The notes: a model not told the origin generated them from the sequence alone. Shown: positions 1-9,190, numbered from the stretch's first letter. The stretch is 64,000 nt of DNA from an uncultured Collinsella sp. (GCA_902493535.1 CABUQG010000007.1:887-64886), one strand, 5' to 3'. A program made the numbers and translations.

Positions 1-816
1 CGAAAGCTCGGCGATGAGCTTGGCATCGGTGAAGTTTGCCACGGCCTTGACGATGGCGGCGGCGCGCTTGGCGGGGTCGCCGCTCTTAAAGATGCCCGAG
101 CCGACAAAGACGCCCTCGGCGCCCAGTTGCATCATCAGCGCGGCGTCGGCAGGGGTCGCTACGCCGCCGGCGGCAAAGTTCACAACGGGAAGCTTGCCCG
201 TGGCATGGACCTCACGCACCAGCTCGACCGGAACCTGCAGCTGCTTGGCTGCCTCAAAGAGCTCGTCGTCACGCAGGGCAACAACGTCGCGGATCTGCTT
301 TTGGATCTTGCGCATGTGGCGCACGGCCTGGACCACGTCGCCCGTGCCCGGCTCGCCCTTGGTGCGGATCATCGTGGCGCCTTCGGCAACACGGCGCAGC
401 GCCTCGCCCAGATCACGGGCGCCGCAGACAAACGGCACGTCAAACTGGGTCTTGTCGATGTGATAGACGTCATCGGCAGGGGAGAGAACCTCGGACTCAT
501 CGATGTAGTCGATCTCGATGGCCTGCAGGACCTGCGCCTCGACAATGTGGCCGATGCGGCACTTGGCCATAACAGGGATGGAGACGGCCTCCTGGATGCC
601 CTTGATCATCTTGGGGTCGCTCATGCGCGAGACGCCGCCCGCGGCACGGATATCGGCCGGAATGCGCTCGAGTGCCATGACGGCGCAGGCGCCTGCCTCC
701 TCGGCGATGCGCGCCTGCTCGGGTGTGGTGACGTCCATGATGACGCCGCCCTTGAGCATCTGCGCGAGCTCGCGATTGAGTTTGACGCGATCGGCCTTGC
801 TGGTCTGTTCTGCCAT
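1..816 (-). CDS. pdxS: Pyridoxal 5'-phosphate synthase lyase subunit PdxS (3' end runs off the window)
   Basis: Not in the ORF track. Reverse-strand translation from ATG at 816 gives [68 protein letters not shown], the canonical PdxS N-terminus. Confidence 0.96.
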   Translation of the reverse strand, partial: MAEQTSKADRVKLNRELAQMLKGGVIMDVTTPEQARIAEEAGACAVMALERIPADIRAAGGVSRMSDPKMIKGIQEAVSIPVMAKCRIGHIVEAQVLQAIEIDYIDESEVLSPADDVYHIDKTQFDVPFVCGARDLGEALRRVAEGATMIRTKGEPGTGDVVQAVRHMRKIQKQIRDVVALRDDELFEAAKQLQVPVELVREVHATGKLPVVNFAAGGVATPADAALMMQLGAEGVFVGSGIFKSGDPAKRAAAIVKAVANFTDAKLIAELS

Positions 817-904
817 GGTTGCTCCCTTGGTTGGCATGTGCATTGCTTGACGGAACATCCTATCGAGGAGCTGGGTATGGCGAAATACTCAGTTTTCAAG
901 ATAA

Positions 905-950
905 TAACAAGGTCAGACTAATACCAGATTGAATGGCTTAATAAGGTCAG
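905..950. promoter_or_regulatory. Putative PdxR operator (direct repeat TAAYAAGGTCAG)
   Basis: taacaaggtcag (905-916) and taataaggtcag (939-950) lie between divergent pdxS and pdxR. The core GGTCAG/CTGACC resembles the motif recalled for Bacillus clausii PdxR. Confidence 0.55.
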
Positions 951-961
951 GTGATAGGCTC

Positions 962-2401
962 ATGCTTGACTACAATTTGGAAAAACGCGGCGAAGCATCG
1001 CTTTATGAGTATGTTTACCAGAAAATTCGAGATGATATTGTTGCTGGACGTATTGCGGCGGGGGAGCATCTTCCGTCTAAGCGCGCCTTTGCCAGTCATC
1101 TGGGAATCAGTGTCATTACCATCGAGAATGCATATAGCCAGTTACTTGCCGAGGGCTATATTTGCTCAATGCCGCGTCGTGGCTACTACGCTTGCGAGCT
1201 TCCGGATGCACCGGTTTTGGCTTCGGCTGCGGAGGGCATCGACCGAGATGCCGCCTCTGCGGGTCCCAGCGCGCATGATGTCAACGGACAGGTCGAGCGA
1301 TTCGATGCACTTTCTCCTTCCGCTTTGGAGGCGGCGCGGCTTTGGCAAAGCGCACTACGGGCGACGCTGGCATCCGAAGATGAGCGCGAAATCTTTTCGC
1401 CCGCACCGGCGCAGGGCACCGCTCGGCTGCGACGCGCAATTGCTCACCACCTGCGTGGGACAAGGGGCATGAATGTCGATCCCAATAACATTGTTATCGG
1501 CGCGGGCGCCCAGCTGCTCGATACCATGTTGGTTCAGTTGCTTGGCGCTGACAAGGTGTATGCCGTTGAGGACCCGGGCTATTTACGTCTGACGTGCATC
1601 TATCAGGCTATGGGCTGCAAAGTTCGACATATCCCGTTGGATGATGAGGGCGTGGACTTGAGCGCTCTGCAGAAAACCGGGACCGATGTACTTCATCTGA
1701 TGCCGTCCCATCAGTATCCGACCGGCCTTGTGACGAGCATTGCGCGGCGCTATGCGCTTCTGAGCTGGGCCGCCGAGCGACCAGGTCGGTATCTCATCGA
1801 AGATGACTTTGATTGTGAGTTTCGCCTTGCCGGGAAGCCGATTCCCGCGCTCGCGTCAATCGATGCCGCCCAGTCGGTTATCTACACCAACACGTTTTCG
1901 AAGAGCCTTTCATCGGCGTTGCGTTTGGCGTACATGGTGTTGCCCGATGAGTTAATGGAGCGGTTTAGGCGCAACCTTGGTTTCTACGCCTCGTCGGTGA
2001 GCTCTGTTGATCAGGTCGCTTTGGCGCGTTTGCTGGAATCGGGTGATTACGAGCGACATGTGAACCGCGTGCGCGTTCGTGCTCGCGAGGCGCGTGATGG
2101 CCTGATGGCGCTTGTGCGGAAGGTATTTCCGGCAGGAGAGGTCTCGATCGAGCATGCAGACGCGGGCCTTTACTGTATCGTGGTTGCGGAGCGTGGAGCG
2201 GGCGGAAGCTCTTTTGTGCGGGCCCTCACGCGCTCGAGTATCCCTTTTGTCGATATCAGTGACTGTTATTGGTGTGCCGATGGCGCATCTGTCCCTGAAA
2301 ACTCAAGTCAAATTCTTGTTCAGTATGACGATTTGAGTCCAAAAGCGCTAAATACCTTGGAATCGCAGCTAATGGGAGCACTCTGCAACCTAAGTGAGTA
2401 G
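962..2401 (+). CDS. pdxR: MocR/GabR-family PLP-dependent GntR regulator (PdxR)
   Basis: N-terminal GntR wHTH (LPSKRAFASHLGISVITIENAYSQLLAEGY) plus an aminotransferase-like domain (PSHQYPTG, EDDFDCEF, TFSKSL); divergent from pdxS. Confidence 0.9.
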   Translation: MLDYNLEKRGEASLYEYVYQKIRDDIVAGRIAAGEHLPSKRAFASHLGISVITIENAYSQLLAEGYICSMPRRGYYACELPDAPVLASAAEGIDRDAASAGPSAHDVNGQVERFDALSPSALEAARLWQSALRATLASEDEREIFSPAPAQGTARLRRAIAHHLRGTRGMNVDPNNIVIGAGAQLLDTMLVQLLGADKVYAVEDPGYLRLTCIYQAMGCKVRHIPLDDEGVDLSALQKTGTDVLHLMPSHQYPTGLVTSIARRYALLSWAAERPGRYLIEDDFDCEFRLAGKPIPALASIDAAQSVIYTNTFSKSLSSALRLAYMVLPDELMERFRRNLGFYASSVSSVDQVALARLLESGDYERHVNRVRVRAREARDGLMALVRKVFPAGEVSIEHADAGLYCIVVAERGAGGSSFVRALTRSSIPFVDISDCYWCADGASVPENSSQILVQYDDLSPKALNTLESQLMGALCNLSE

Positions 2402-2512
2402 GCTTTTGGAACTTTGGCGACCAGGCAGTTTTGTAACAAGCTATCTACCTGCGGTTTTGAAAAGCAGGATGACCGGGCTGCTCGGGATGTTCAAAAAAGT
2501 CTACTCACTTGT
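2390..2512. repeat. 123-bp TIR element, copy 1 (MITE/REPIN-like)
   Basis: CTAAGTGAGTAGGCTTTT...AAAAGTCTACTCACTT ends with central TACCTGCGGTTTT; aligns without gaps to copies at 3809 and 13827. Confidence 0.9.
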
Positions 2513-2692
2513 CGCGCAAAGCTTCTGCATGAGAAAAAATGGGGTTTTCAACAGAACTTCGTCCAGCTCTCGGCAAGCTTTTGGCCAGTTGGGGAGGGCT
2601 GTTGAAAACTTGGCAGTCCGTTCGGCACCATTTTTGGCGCGTTCGCGCCAATGCGTGACTGACTGGGTTGAAATTCGTGTTTTCCTGTGCCT

Positions 2693-3820
2693 ATGAAAGA
2701 TCTACTTTGTGACATATCGGCTTTTAGGTACTGGCGTTTGCCCCCTCAGGTCCGCGCTCTGTGTCCGCCGCTTCCACGACCGGAAGAAGACCGGCAGCGA
2801 TATGATCTCGCCCGCAACCCGACGGCTGCGGTCGCGCTCGGTTTTCCGTTGTATACATTGGTTCAGACGAGAAACAAACGGACTTGTCCTACCAGCATTA
2901 GGCAGCGGCTGTTCCTTGGTGAGCCCCCCAGGGAATCCGTGCTGGAAACGGAGCATGGATTTTTGATTACGTCTCCTCTACTGACGGCATTCATCATGTC
3001 GCGGCATCTGACGGATCTTCAGCTTCTTTTTGTGTTGGCGGAGATGTGCGGCCTGTTTGCGGTGTGTGCTCTGCCGGCGGCACTTGAGGCGGAGCTTACG
3101 CGTGCAATTGATTCGGGCGCGATTTCGACGACGTTGGGTTGGGTGCGCTGCCCGTCCGAGGACGGCACCGCTTCAAATTTATGGCGTCGAGACGCTTTGG
3201 TTTTGGGCAGAGACCTTGACCGTTTTTGTTCAGATGTTTGCGGGATGCGTTACGGCAATAGATTTATGGCGGTATCGCAATTCGTTCCATTGGGTGCCGC
3301 GTCGCCTTTTGAGGTCGAGGCGTATTTGCTACTTGCACTGCCGCGATCCCTGGGAGGCGAAGGTTTTTGCGACATAGAGCTTAATGTTGAAGTGATGCTA
3401 GGCACAAGTGCTCGAGCGATTGTGGGAAAGTCCCGTGTATATATCGACCTACTTCTTTCTTCACCGGACGGTAGGCGACAGGTGGCCATTGAATGTCAGG
3501 GAAAGGCCTCGCACGGACGCGCAGGGGATGGCTTGCGTGACGCTGACCGCATGACGGCCCTTCAGGCCATGGGCTACGATGTGCTTCTCCTGACACACAG
3601 ACAGATATCGGATGAGGATAGATTCCGCGCGATCGTTAAGGCCGTATGCAGGATGCTCGATGCTGAATATCGTGATAAAAGCTCAGATGAGCAAAGGGCT
3701 GAGGCATTACTCCGGTCTGAACTATTCGTTGACTGGACAAAATTGGGAGTAATCGACGGAAAGATGCCCGCTAGACACAAAATGGCTCGATCGTGGACGG
3801 CTGCGGTTCTAAGTGAGTAG
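2693..3820 (+). CDS. Hypothetical protein with C-terminal DUF559/Vsr-like endonuclease domain
   Basis: GAASPFEVEAYLLLALPRSLGGEG followed by YIDLLL...VAIECQGKASH...DADRMTALQAMGYDVLLLT, typical of actinobacterial AbiEi-like/DUF559 proteins. Confidence 0.75.
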   Translation: MKDLLCDISAFRYWRLPPQVRALCPPLPRPEEDRQRYDLARNPTAAVALGFPLYTLVQTRNKRTCPTSIRQRLFLGEPPRESVLETEHGFLITSPLLTAFIMSRHLTDLQLLFVLAEMCGLFAVCALPAALEAELTRAIDSGAISTTLGWVRCPSEDGTASNLWRRDALVLGRDLDRFCSDVCGMRYGNRFMAVSQFVPLGAASPFEVEAYLLLALPRSLGGEGFCDIELNVEVMLGTSARAIVGKSRVYIDLLLSSPDGRRQVAIECQGKASHGRAGDGLRDADRMTALQAMGYDVLLLTHRQISDEDRFRAIVKAVCRMLDAEYRDKSSDEQRAEALLRSELFVDWTKLGVIDGKMPARHKMARSWTAAVLSE

Positions 3821-3931
3821 GCTTTTAGCACTTTGGCGACCAGGCCGTTTTGAAACAAGTCATTTACCTGCGGCTTTATAAAGCAATATGGATGGCGTGC
3901 TCGGCAAGTTCCAAAAAGTCTACTCACTTAG
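3809..3931. repeat. 123-bp TIR element, copy 2
   Basis: CTAAGTGAGTAGGCTTTT...AAAAAGTCTACTCACTTAG with central TACCTGCGGCTTT; same orientation as copy 1. Confidence 0.9.
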
Positions 3932-3997
3932 TTTTTGACGAGAAACCTATGCCGAAGGCGGTCCTATTTCAGGTAGTTAACAAGTTTGTGAGGCACG

Positions 3998-4028
3998 AAA
4001 AAGGCCCGAACCAATACGGTCCGGGCCT
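3998..4028 (-). terminator. Intrinsic terminator after rubrerythrin
   Basis: aggcccgaacc/ggtccgggcct stem preceded by an A-run (U-tract on the minus strand). Confidence 0.7.
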
Positions 4029-4062
4029 CATTGAGCTAGAGGTTATGTCTCAGGCGTTTGGC

Positions 4063-4623
4063 TTAGCCAAAGTAGCGCTTGAGCAGGCCGGCGAAAGCCT
4101 TGCCGTGGCGGGCCTCGTCGCGAGCCATCTCGTGCACGGTGTCGTGGATGGCATCAAGGCCAGCGGCCTTGGCACGCTTGGCAAGATCGGTCTTGCCGGC
4201 GGTGGCACCGTTCTCGGCCTCAACGCGCATCTCGAGGTTCTTCTTGGTGGAGTCGGTCACGACCTCGCCCAGGAGCTCAGCGAACTTGGCAGCGTGCTCG
4301 GCCTCCTCGTGGGCAGCCTTCTCCCAGTACAGGCCGATCTCGGGATAGCCCTCGCGATGAGCGACGCGCGCCATGGCCAGGTACATACCGACCTCGGAGC
4401 ACTCGCCCTCAAAGTTGGCGCGCAGGTCGGCAACGATGTCCTCGGAGACGCCCTCCATCTTGGCGACGCCCACGACGTGCTCGGCAGCCCACTCGAGCTG
4501 ACCCTCCTCCTGCTTCAGGAAGCGAGAACCGGGAACGCCGCACTGGGGGCACTTGAAGTCCTCGGGCAGCTGGTCGCCGTCGAACTCTTCCACATAACCG
4601 CAAACGGGGCAAACAAACTTCAT
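4063..4623 (-). CDS. rbr: Reverse rubrerythrin / NADH peroxidase
   Basis: N-terminal rubredoxin-like CPVCG...CPQCG followed by ferritin-like EAEH/EARH motifs; ATG at 4623. Confidence 0.92.
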   Translation of the reverse strand: MKFVCPVCGYVEEFDGDQLPEDFKCPQCGVPGSRFLKQEEGQLEWAAEHVVGVAKMEGVSEDIVADLRANFEGECSEVGMYLAMARVAHREGYPEIGLYWEKAAHEEAEHAAKFAELLGEVVTDSTKKNLEMRVEAENGATAGKTDLAKRAKAAGLDAIHDTVHEMARDEARHGKAFAGLLKRYFG

Positions 4624-4879
4624 GATTCGATCCTTTCGATCGATGGCGATTGTGCGCTCGTCCGGTCCCGTAAGGGCCCTCTCCGGACGTGCGTCTTGAC
4701 GAGTTCTATTATCCATAAATGCAACCAAATGTGAAGCCTATTAGGAATGATTTTTAATAAAACAATTTTGAGATATGAAGATGTTGATTGATTAACGATT
4801 GGCAGGCCGTCTTTGACCGTCGCTGAGTACAATCGGTCGAGCAAATGTTGACCAATCAACAAATGAGGGAGTTTCCTTT

Positions 4880-6100
4880 ATGCATCTAGCCCGTCGTGCC
4901 TGGTGCCGAACATATCAGACGGTTTTTCGCATTGCATTGCCGATCCTGCCCTATACCGAGCCGCACATTTTAGAGCATGCCGAGGATGTGCCCGCGGTGC
5001 TTCAAAAGCGCTCGATCCAGAAGGTCCTTATCGTGACGGATCCCGGCATTGCACGTTTGGGACTCACGGCATCACTCGAGCGTGCGCTTACGGCTCAGGG
5101 GATTGGCGTTACGGTCTATGCCGAAACGCGTGCGAATCCCACGGTCTCGAATGTGGAGGAGGCGGCGTCCCTGTATCGAGAGAGCGCCTGCCAGGCCATT
5201 ATCGGCTTTGGCGGAGGATCAGCCATGGACTGCGCCAAGGGCGTAGGCGCACGCATTGCGCAGCCAAACAAGCCCATCAACAAGATGCGCGGCCTGCTGC
5301 GGATTCATCGTCGCCTGCCGCTGCTCATCGCCGTCCCCACCACGGCAGGCACGGGAAGCGAGGTCACACTTGCGGCGGTAATTACCGATGACGAGACGCA
5401 CTACAAGTACCCCATTAACGACTTTGTGCTTATTCCGCGCTTTGCGGTGCACGACCCCGAGTTTACGCGCGGTCTGCCCGCCTCCATTACGGGGCAGACG
5501 GGTATGGATGCCCTGACGCATGCCGTCGAGGCCTTTATCGGGCGAAGCACCACGCCCTATACGCGCAAGATGGCACGACAGGCGGTGCAGCTCATCCACG
5601 ACAATTTGCTCGAGGCCTATGAGCATGGTGACGACATGCGCGCTCGTCGCAATATGCTTTCGGCGGCGTATAAGGCGGGCGTTGCGTTTACCCGCTCCTA
5701 TGTCGGATATGTGCATGCCATCGCGCACAGTCTGGGCGGCCGATACGGAATTCCGCACGGTTTGGCCAACGCGATCATCCTGCCGCACATGCTTCGCGCT
5801 TATGGTGACGCTGCCGCCCCCAAGCTTGCCGATCTTGCTCGCATGGCGGGCATTGCGCCGGCTACCGCGCAGGACAGTCTTGCGGCCGAGGCCTTTATCG
5901 ATTGGGTCGACCGCATGAACGCCGCCTTGGGCATACCCAAATATGTGACGGGCATTCGCCGCTCCGACATTTCCGAGATGGCGGCGCATGCCGATGCCGA
6001 GGCCAATCCCCTGTACCCCGTTCCGCTTCTAATGGACCGCTTGGAGCTCGAGCATATGTACGAAGTCGTTGCAGGTGGTATGTTTGAGAGCGAGAATTAG
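4880..6100 (+). CDS. Iron-containing alcohol dehydrogenase
   Basis: GGGSAMD, PTTAGTGSE, DALTHAVE, HAIAH and PHGLAN motifs. Confidence 0.93.
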   Translation: MHLARRAWCRTYQTVFRIALPILPYTEPHILEHAEDVPAVLQKRSIQKVLIVTDPGIARLGLTASLERALTAQGIGVTVYAETRANPTVSNVEEAASLYRESACQAIIGFGGGSAMDCAKGVGARIAQPNKPINKMRGLLRIHRRLPLLIAVPTTAGTGSEVTLAAVITDDETHYKYPINDFVLIPRFAVHDPEFTRGLPASITGQTGMDALTHAVEAFIGRSTTPYTRKMARQAVQLIHDNLLEAYEHGDDMRARRNMLSAAYKAGVAFTRSYVGYVHAIAHSLGGRYGIPHGLANAIILPHMLRAYGDAAAPKLADLARMAGIAPATAQDSLAAEAFIDWVDRMNAALGIPKYVTGIRRSDISEMAAHADAEANPLYPVPLLMDRLELEHMYEVVAGGMFESEN

Positions 6101-6108
6101 GAGGGCCC

Positions 6109-7488
6109 ATGAACACCGAGGAAATTGCGCGCATCGTCGGCGATCAGCGCGCCTACTTTAAGACGCACGCTACGTTTGATGTTGATGCTCGACGTCGCGC
6201 GCTCGCGAGTTTACGCGATGCGGTGCGGGCCCACGAGGCCGATATCGCTCATGCGCTCAAGACCGATTTGGGAAAGTCGCATGACGAGGCCTATATGTGC
6301 GAGATTGGCACATCGCTTTCCGAGATTCGACATCAGATCGCTCACGTGGTTCGATGGAGTCGTCCGCGCCTGCGTCCGTGCGACCTCGCTAACGCCGTGA
6401 GCGTGTGCAAAACGCAAACCGTGCCCTATGGCGTCACGCTCATCATGGCGCCCTGGAACTATCCGTTTTTGCTGACGCTCGAGCCGCTCGCTGGCGCCCT
6501 TGCCGCGGGCAATACCGTGGTCATCAAGCCGAGCGCCTATGCTCCGGCATCGAGCGCGGTGCTCAGGCAAATCTGTGAAGAGGCATTTGATCCGCGCCTG
6601 GTGACGGTTGTCGAGGGCGGGCGCGCCGAGAACGAAGCGCTGCTCGATGAGTGCTGGGACAAGATCTTCTTTACCGGTAGCGTTCCGGTCGGCAAACTCG
6701 TCATGGAGCGCGCAAGTAAAAACCTTACGCCCGTGACGCTTGAGCTGGGCGGAAAGAGCCCCTGCATCGTGGATGCGACGGCAAACTTGAAGGTTGCGGC
6801 GCGGCGTATCGCCTTTGGTAAATGGCTCAACGTGGGGCAGACCTGCGTGGCGCCCGACTACCTGCTGGTCGATGCGCGCGTGCACGACGAGCTGCTGGAC
6901 CTCATCAGGGAAGAGGCCCGCCGTATGTTTGGCGAGCATCCGCTCGATAACGAGGACTACGGGCATATCGTCAACGCCAAGCATTTTGCGCGCGTGCGCG
7001 GGCTGATCGATCCCGATAAGGTCGTGCTGGGAGGCACGGCGCGCGAGTCGTCGCTCAAGATTGAGCCGACGATCCTAGACGGCGTGACCCCCGATGACGC
7101 CGTGATGCAGGAGGAGATCTTCGGTCCCATCTTGCCGGTGCTGACGTTTGAGAGCCTAGACGAGGCCGAGACGCTTATTACGGATCGTCCGACGCCGCTG
7201 GCCCTGTATATCTTTAGCCAGGACCGTTCGGTTCAGCAACGCTTTGTGCGCTACGTGCCCTTTGGCGGCGGCTGTGTCAACGACACGATCATGCACTTGG
7301 CTACGAGCCATATGGGCTTTGGCGGCATGGGCGCGAGCGGTATGGGGCAGTACCATGGACGCGAGAGCTTCGATACGTTTAGCCACAAGAAGAGCATCGT
7401 GAACAAGGCAACTTGGCTGGACGTGCCGTTTCGGTATGCGCCCTACGCAAGCTGGAAGCACAAGTTCGTGCGCATGTTTGTGCATTAG
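6109..7488 (+). CDS. Aldehyde dehydrogenase
   Basis: PWNYP, FTGS, LELGGKSP, GQTCVAPDY and EEIFGP motifs. Confidence 0.95.
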   Translation: MNTEEIARIVGDQRAYFKTHATFDVDARRRALASLRDAVRAHEADIAHALKTDLGKSHDEAYMCEIGTSLSEIRHQIAHVVRWSRPRLRPCDLANAVSVCKTQTVPYGVTLIMAPWNYPFLLTLEPLAGALAAGNTVVIKPSAYAPASSAVLRQICEEAFDPRLVTVVEGGRAENEALLDECWDKIFFTGSVPVGKLVMERASKNLTPVTLELGGKSPCIVDATANLKVAARRIAFGKWLNVGQTCVAPDYLLVDARVHDELLDLIREEARRMFGEHPLDNEDYGHIVNAKHFARVRGLIDPDKVVLGGTARESSLKIEPTILDGVTPDDAVMQEEIFGPILPVLTFESLDEAETLITDRPTPLALYIFSQDRSVQQRFVRYVPFGGGCVNDTIMHLATSHMGFGGMGASGMGQYHGRESFDTFSHKKSIVNKATWLDVPFRYAPYASWKHKFVRMFVH

Positions 7489-7506
7489 AAAAGGGCGCAG
7501 GTAATA

Positions 7507-7520
7507 CGAACAAGTGTTCC
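7507..7520. promoter_or_regulatory. Putative LexA (SOS) box
   Basis: CGAACAAGTGTTCC = GAAC-N4-GTTC, nested inside a perfect 10-bp inverted repeat (gcaggtaata/tattacctgc). Confidence 0.55.
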
Positions 7521-7593
7521 TATTACCTGCATTTTGCGTTAGACTACTGTTATGGAGCACGGATGGGCCAACTCCCTTTAGAAGGGATTTGGT

Positions 7594-7677
7594 ATGAACG
7601 TAAGCGATGTTATTTCGTTATTGGCGTTGTTGATTGCGGCTATCGAACTCGGTCTGTTTATCGGCCGAATGAAATAG
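7594..7677 (+). CDS. Putative type I toxin (27-aa hydrophobic, holin-like peptide)
   Basis: MNVSDVISLLALLIAAIELGLFIGRMK*: one TM helix with a basic tail. The SD lies in hairpin ccaactccctt/aagggatttgg. Below the ORF-track size cutoff. Confidence 0.7.
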   Translation: MNVSDVISLLALLIAAIELGLFIGRMK

Positions 7678-7765
7678 CCGCCCCCGCGTAAGCGAAGACG
7701 GCCACTTCTCACGATGAAAACGTGTATCGGAGTTGGCAAGACCCGCGGCAACGGGTGCCATCCGT
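7660..7765 (-). ncRNA. Putative antisense antitoxin RNA (boundaries approximate)
   Basis: Convergent minus-strand promoter TTGCGC (7800-7795), 17 bp, TAAGAT (7777-7772), pointing at the toxin 3' end; hairpins at about 7677-7710 and 7731-7760. Confidence 0.5.
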
Positions 7766-7913
7766 GTTCCTATCTTATCTGCAAGCGTTCTGTCGCGCAA
7801 GCGTTGAGGCAAACGATTGAAGGACGCAGACAGGATGTATTTGTGTCCGCACGGGACCGTAGACTTCTCAATAAGGTTACACACCGGTTTATCCGGCCGT
7901 TAGAGGAGCTGCT

Positions 7914-8240
7914 ATGTACGAGCCTTCACGTGTTCTTCTGTCATTTCACATTGCAGGATTTCAGTATGCCGATGGCGCCTTGGTCCTGGGCGATCTTAAA
8001 GCGGGCGATAAGCTGACGCTGTGTGCCGAGCGCGATAATCCCCATGACCCCGAGGCAGTTGCGATCTACTATGGCAAGACCAAACTTGGCTACGTTCCGG
8101 GAAACGAGGTCGGCCCGCTGTCCTTGATGATGTATTACGGCCACGAGGACGTATTTGAGGCCCGCGTGCAACAGGTTGCCCCCGAGCGCAGCCCGTGGCA
8201 CCAGGTGCGCGTTGGCCTCTATGTGGTGGATGCCCGCTAG
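7914..8240 (+). CDS. Standalone HIRAN domain protein
   Basis: FHIAGFQY...L.AERDNPHDPEAVAIY...KLGYVP HIRAN signature; GAGGAG SD. Confidence 0.85.
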   Translation: MYEPSRVLLSFHIAGFQYADGALVLGDLKAGDKLTLCAERDNPHDPEAVAIYYGKTKLGYVPGNEVGPLSLMMYYGHEDVFEARVQQVAPERSPWHQVRVGLYVVDAR

Positions 8241-8258
8241 TCGGCAATGGAGGCGGCC

Positions 8259-8438
8259 ATGTTTGATGACGACGACCAGTTCGATCTGACAGACGATTCG
8301 TTTGAGTGGGATCTGCTACTCGACGACGATGAGTTGGAGCAGGATCGTAAGAAACGGCAGGACAAGAAAACTCAGAGTGACGCTTCGAAAAAGCAAGACA
8401 AACGCCGCCGCGGACTGTTCGGCGGGCTCTTTGGATAA
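8259..8438 (+). CDS. Small hypothetical protein (acidic N-terminus, basic/amphipathic C-terminus)
   Basis: GGAGG SD before ATG 8259; MFDDDDQFDL...KRRRGLFGGLFG. Confidence 0.6.
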   Translation: MFDDDDQFDLTDDSFEWDLLLDDDELEQDRKKRQDKKTQSDASKKQDKRRRGLFGGLFG

Positions 8439-8489
8439 CCGCCGCATCGCTGCGTCTGTATACTTAGCACGAGTTGAACACGTTGCGAA

Positions 8490-9050
8490 ATGAGGACACA
8501 GACGATGATGTGGTTTACCGCCGACTTGCACCTGGGCGATACGAATATCTTGCACGACATGGACCGGCCGTTTGGCTCGGTCGAGGAGATGAACCGCAAG
8601 GTCATCGATGCCATCAATGAGTGCGTGGCTGCGGACGACCGCCTCTATATTCTGGGTGACTTTACCTATCGTTTGCCCCTGGCGGAGGCGGTGCGCCTGC
8701 GCGAGCGTATCGAATGCCAGAACGTGACGCTCATCCGCGGTAACCATGACGGCGACTGGGAAGATTCCGACGTACCGCAGATTTGGGAAGACGTGCGCGA
8801 TTACCTGGAGATTGCTCCCGGCTATGCCAAGGGCCATCGTCTGGTTATGAGCCACTACCCCATGCTCAGCTGGAACGGCAAGGCACGTGGCGCCATTATG
8901 CTGCATGGGCATATCCACAGCAGGGGTGACCGCGCCAACGCACGCAACCGCGATCGCGAGCGCCCTATCTTTCGCTACGATGTCGGTCTCGATGCCAACG
9001 AGTACAAGCCCGTAAGCCGCGATCAGATTCTTAGCTTCTTTGGGTTATAG
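8490..9050 (+). CDS. Calcineurin-like metallophosphoesterase
   Basis: DLH, LGD, GNHD, SHYP and HGHIH motifs. Confidence 0.9.
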   Translation: MRTQTMMWFTADLHLGDTNILHDMDRPFGSVEEMNRKVIDAINECVAADDRLYILGDFTYRLPLAEAVRLRERIECQNVTLIRGNHDGDWEDSDVPQIWEDVRDYLEIAPGYAKGHRLVMSHYPMLSWNGKARGAIMLHGHIHSRGDRANARNRDRERPIFRYDVGLDANEYKPVSRDQILSFFGL

Positions 9051-9103
9051 GGCGCCAGAGCCACCACAAAGGGGACAGGCACCTTTGTGGTGGTTCTGGC
9101 GCC
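9051..9103. repeat. REP-like hairpin with GGGACAGG loop
   Basis: 22-bp stem ggcgccagagccaccacaaagg/cctttgtggtggttctggcgcc with loop ggacaggca. Confidence 0.65.
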
Positions 9104-9190
9104 GTTGCCATTATGGCGGCGGCGCCTTTTTTGTCCGCGCGGCGCGGTAGAGTGTAGCCGGTTGATATTTGCGTCCATCGAGGAGCTGCT

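Noticed and set aside
14..921. Plus-strand ORFs 14..463 and 127..921
   Set aside because: Shadows of pdxS on the minus strand.
2390..3931. Classical IS or composite transposon call
   Set aside because: No DDE, HUH or recombinase motifs in the enclosed ORF and no clear target-site duplication.
4742..4756. Fur/PerR-like box upstream of rubrerythrin (TAGGAATGATTTTTA)
   Set aside because: Plausible context, but too degenerate within an AT-rich stretch to support.
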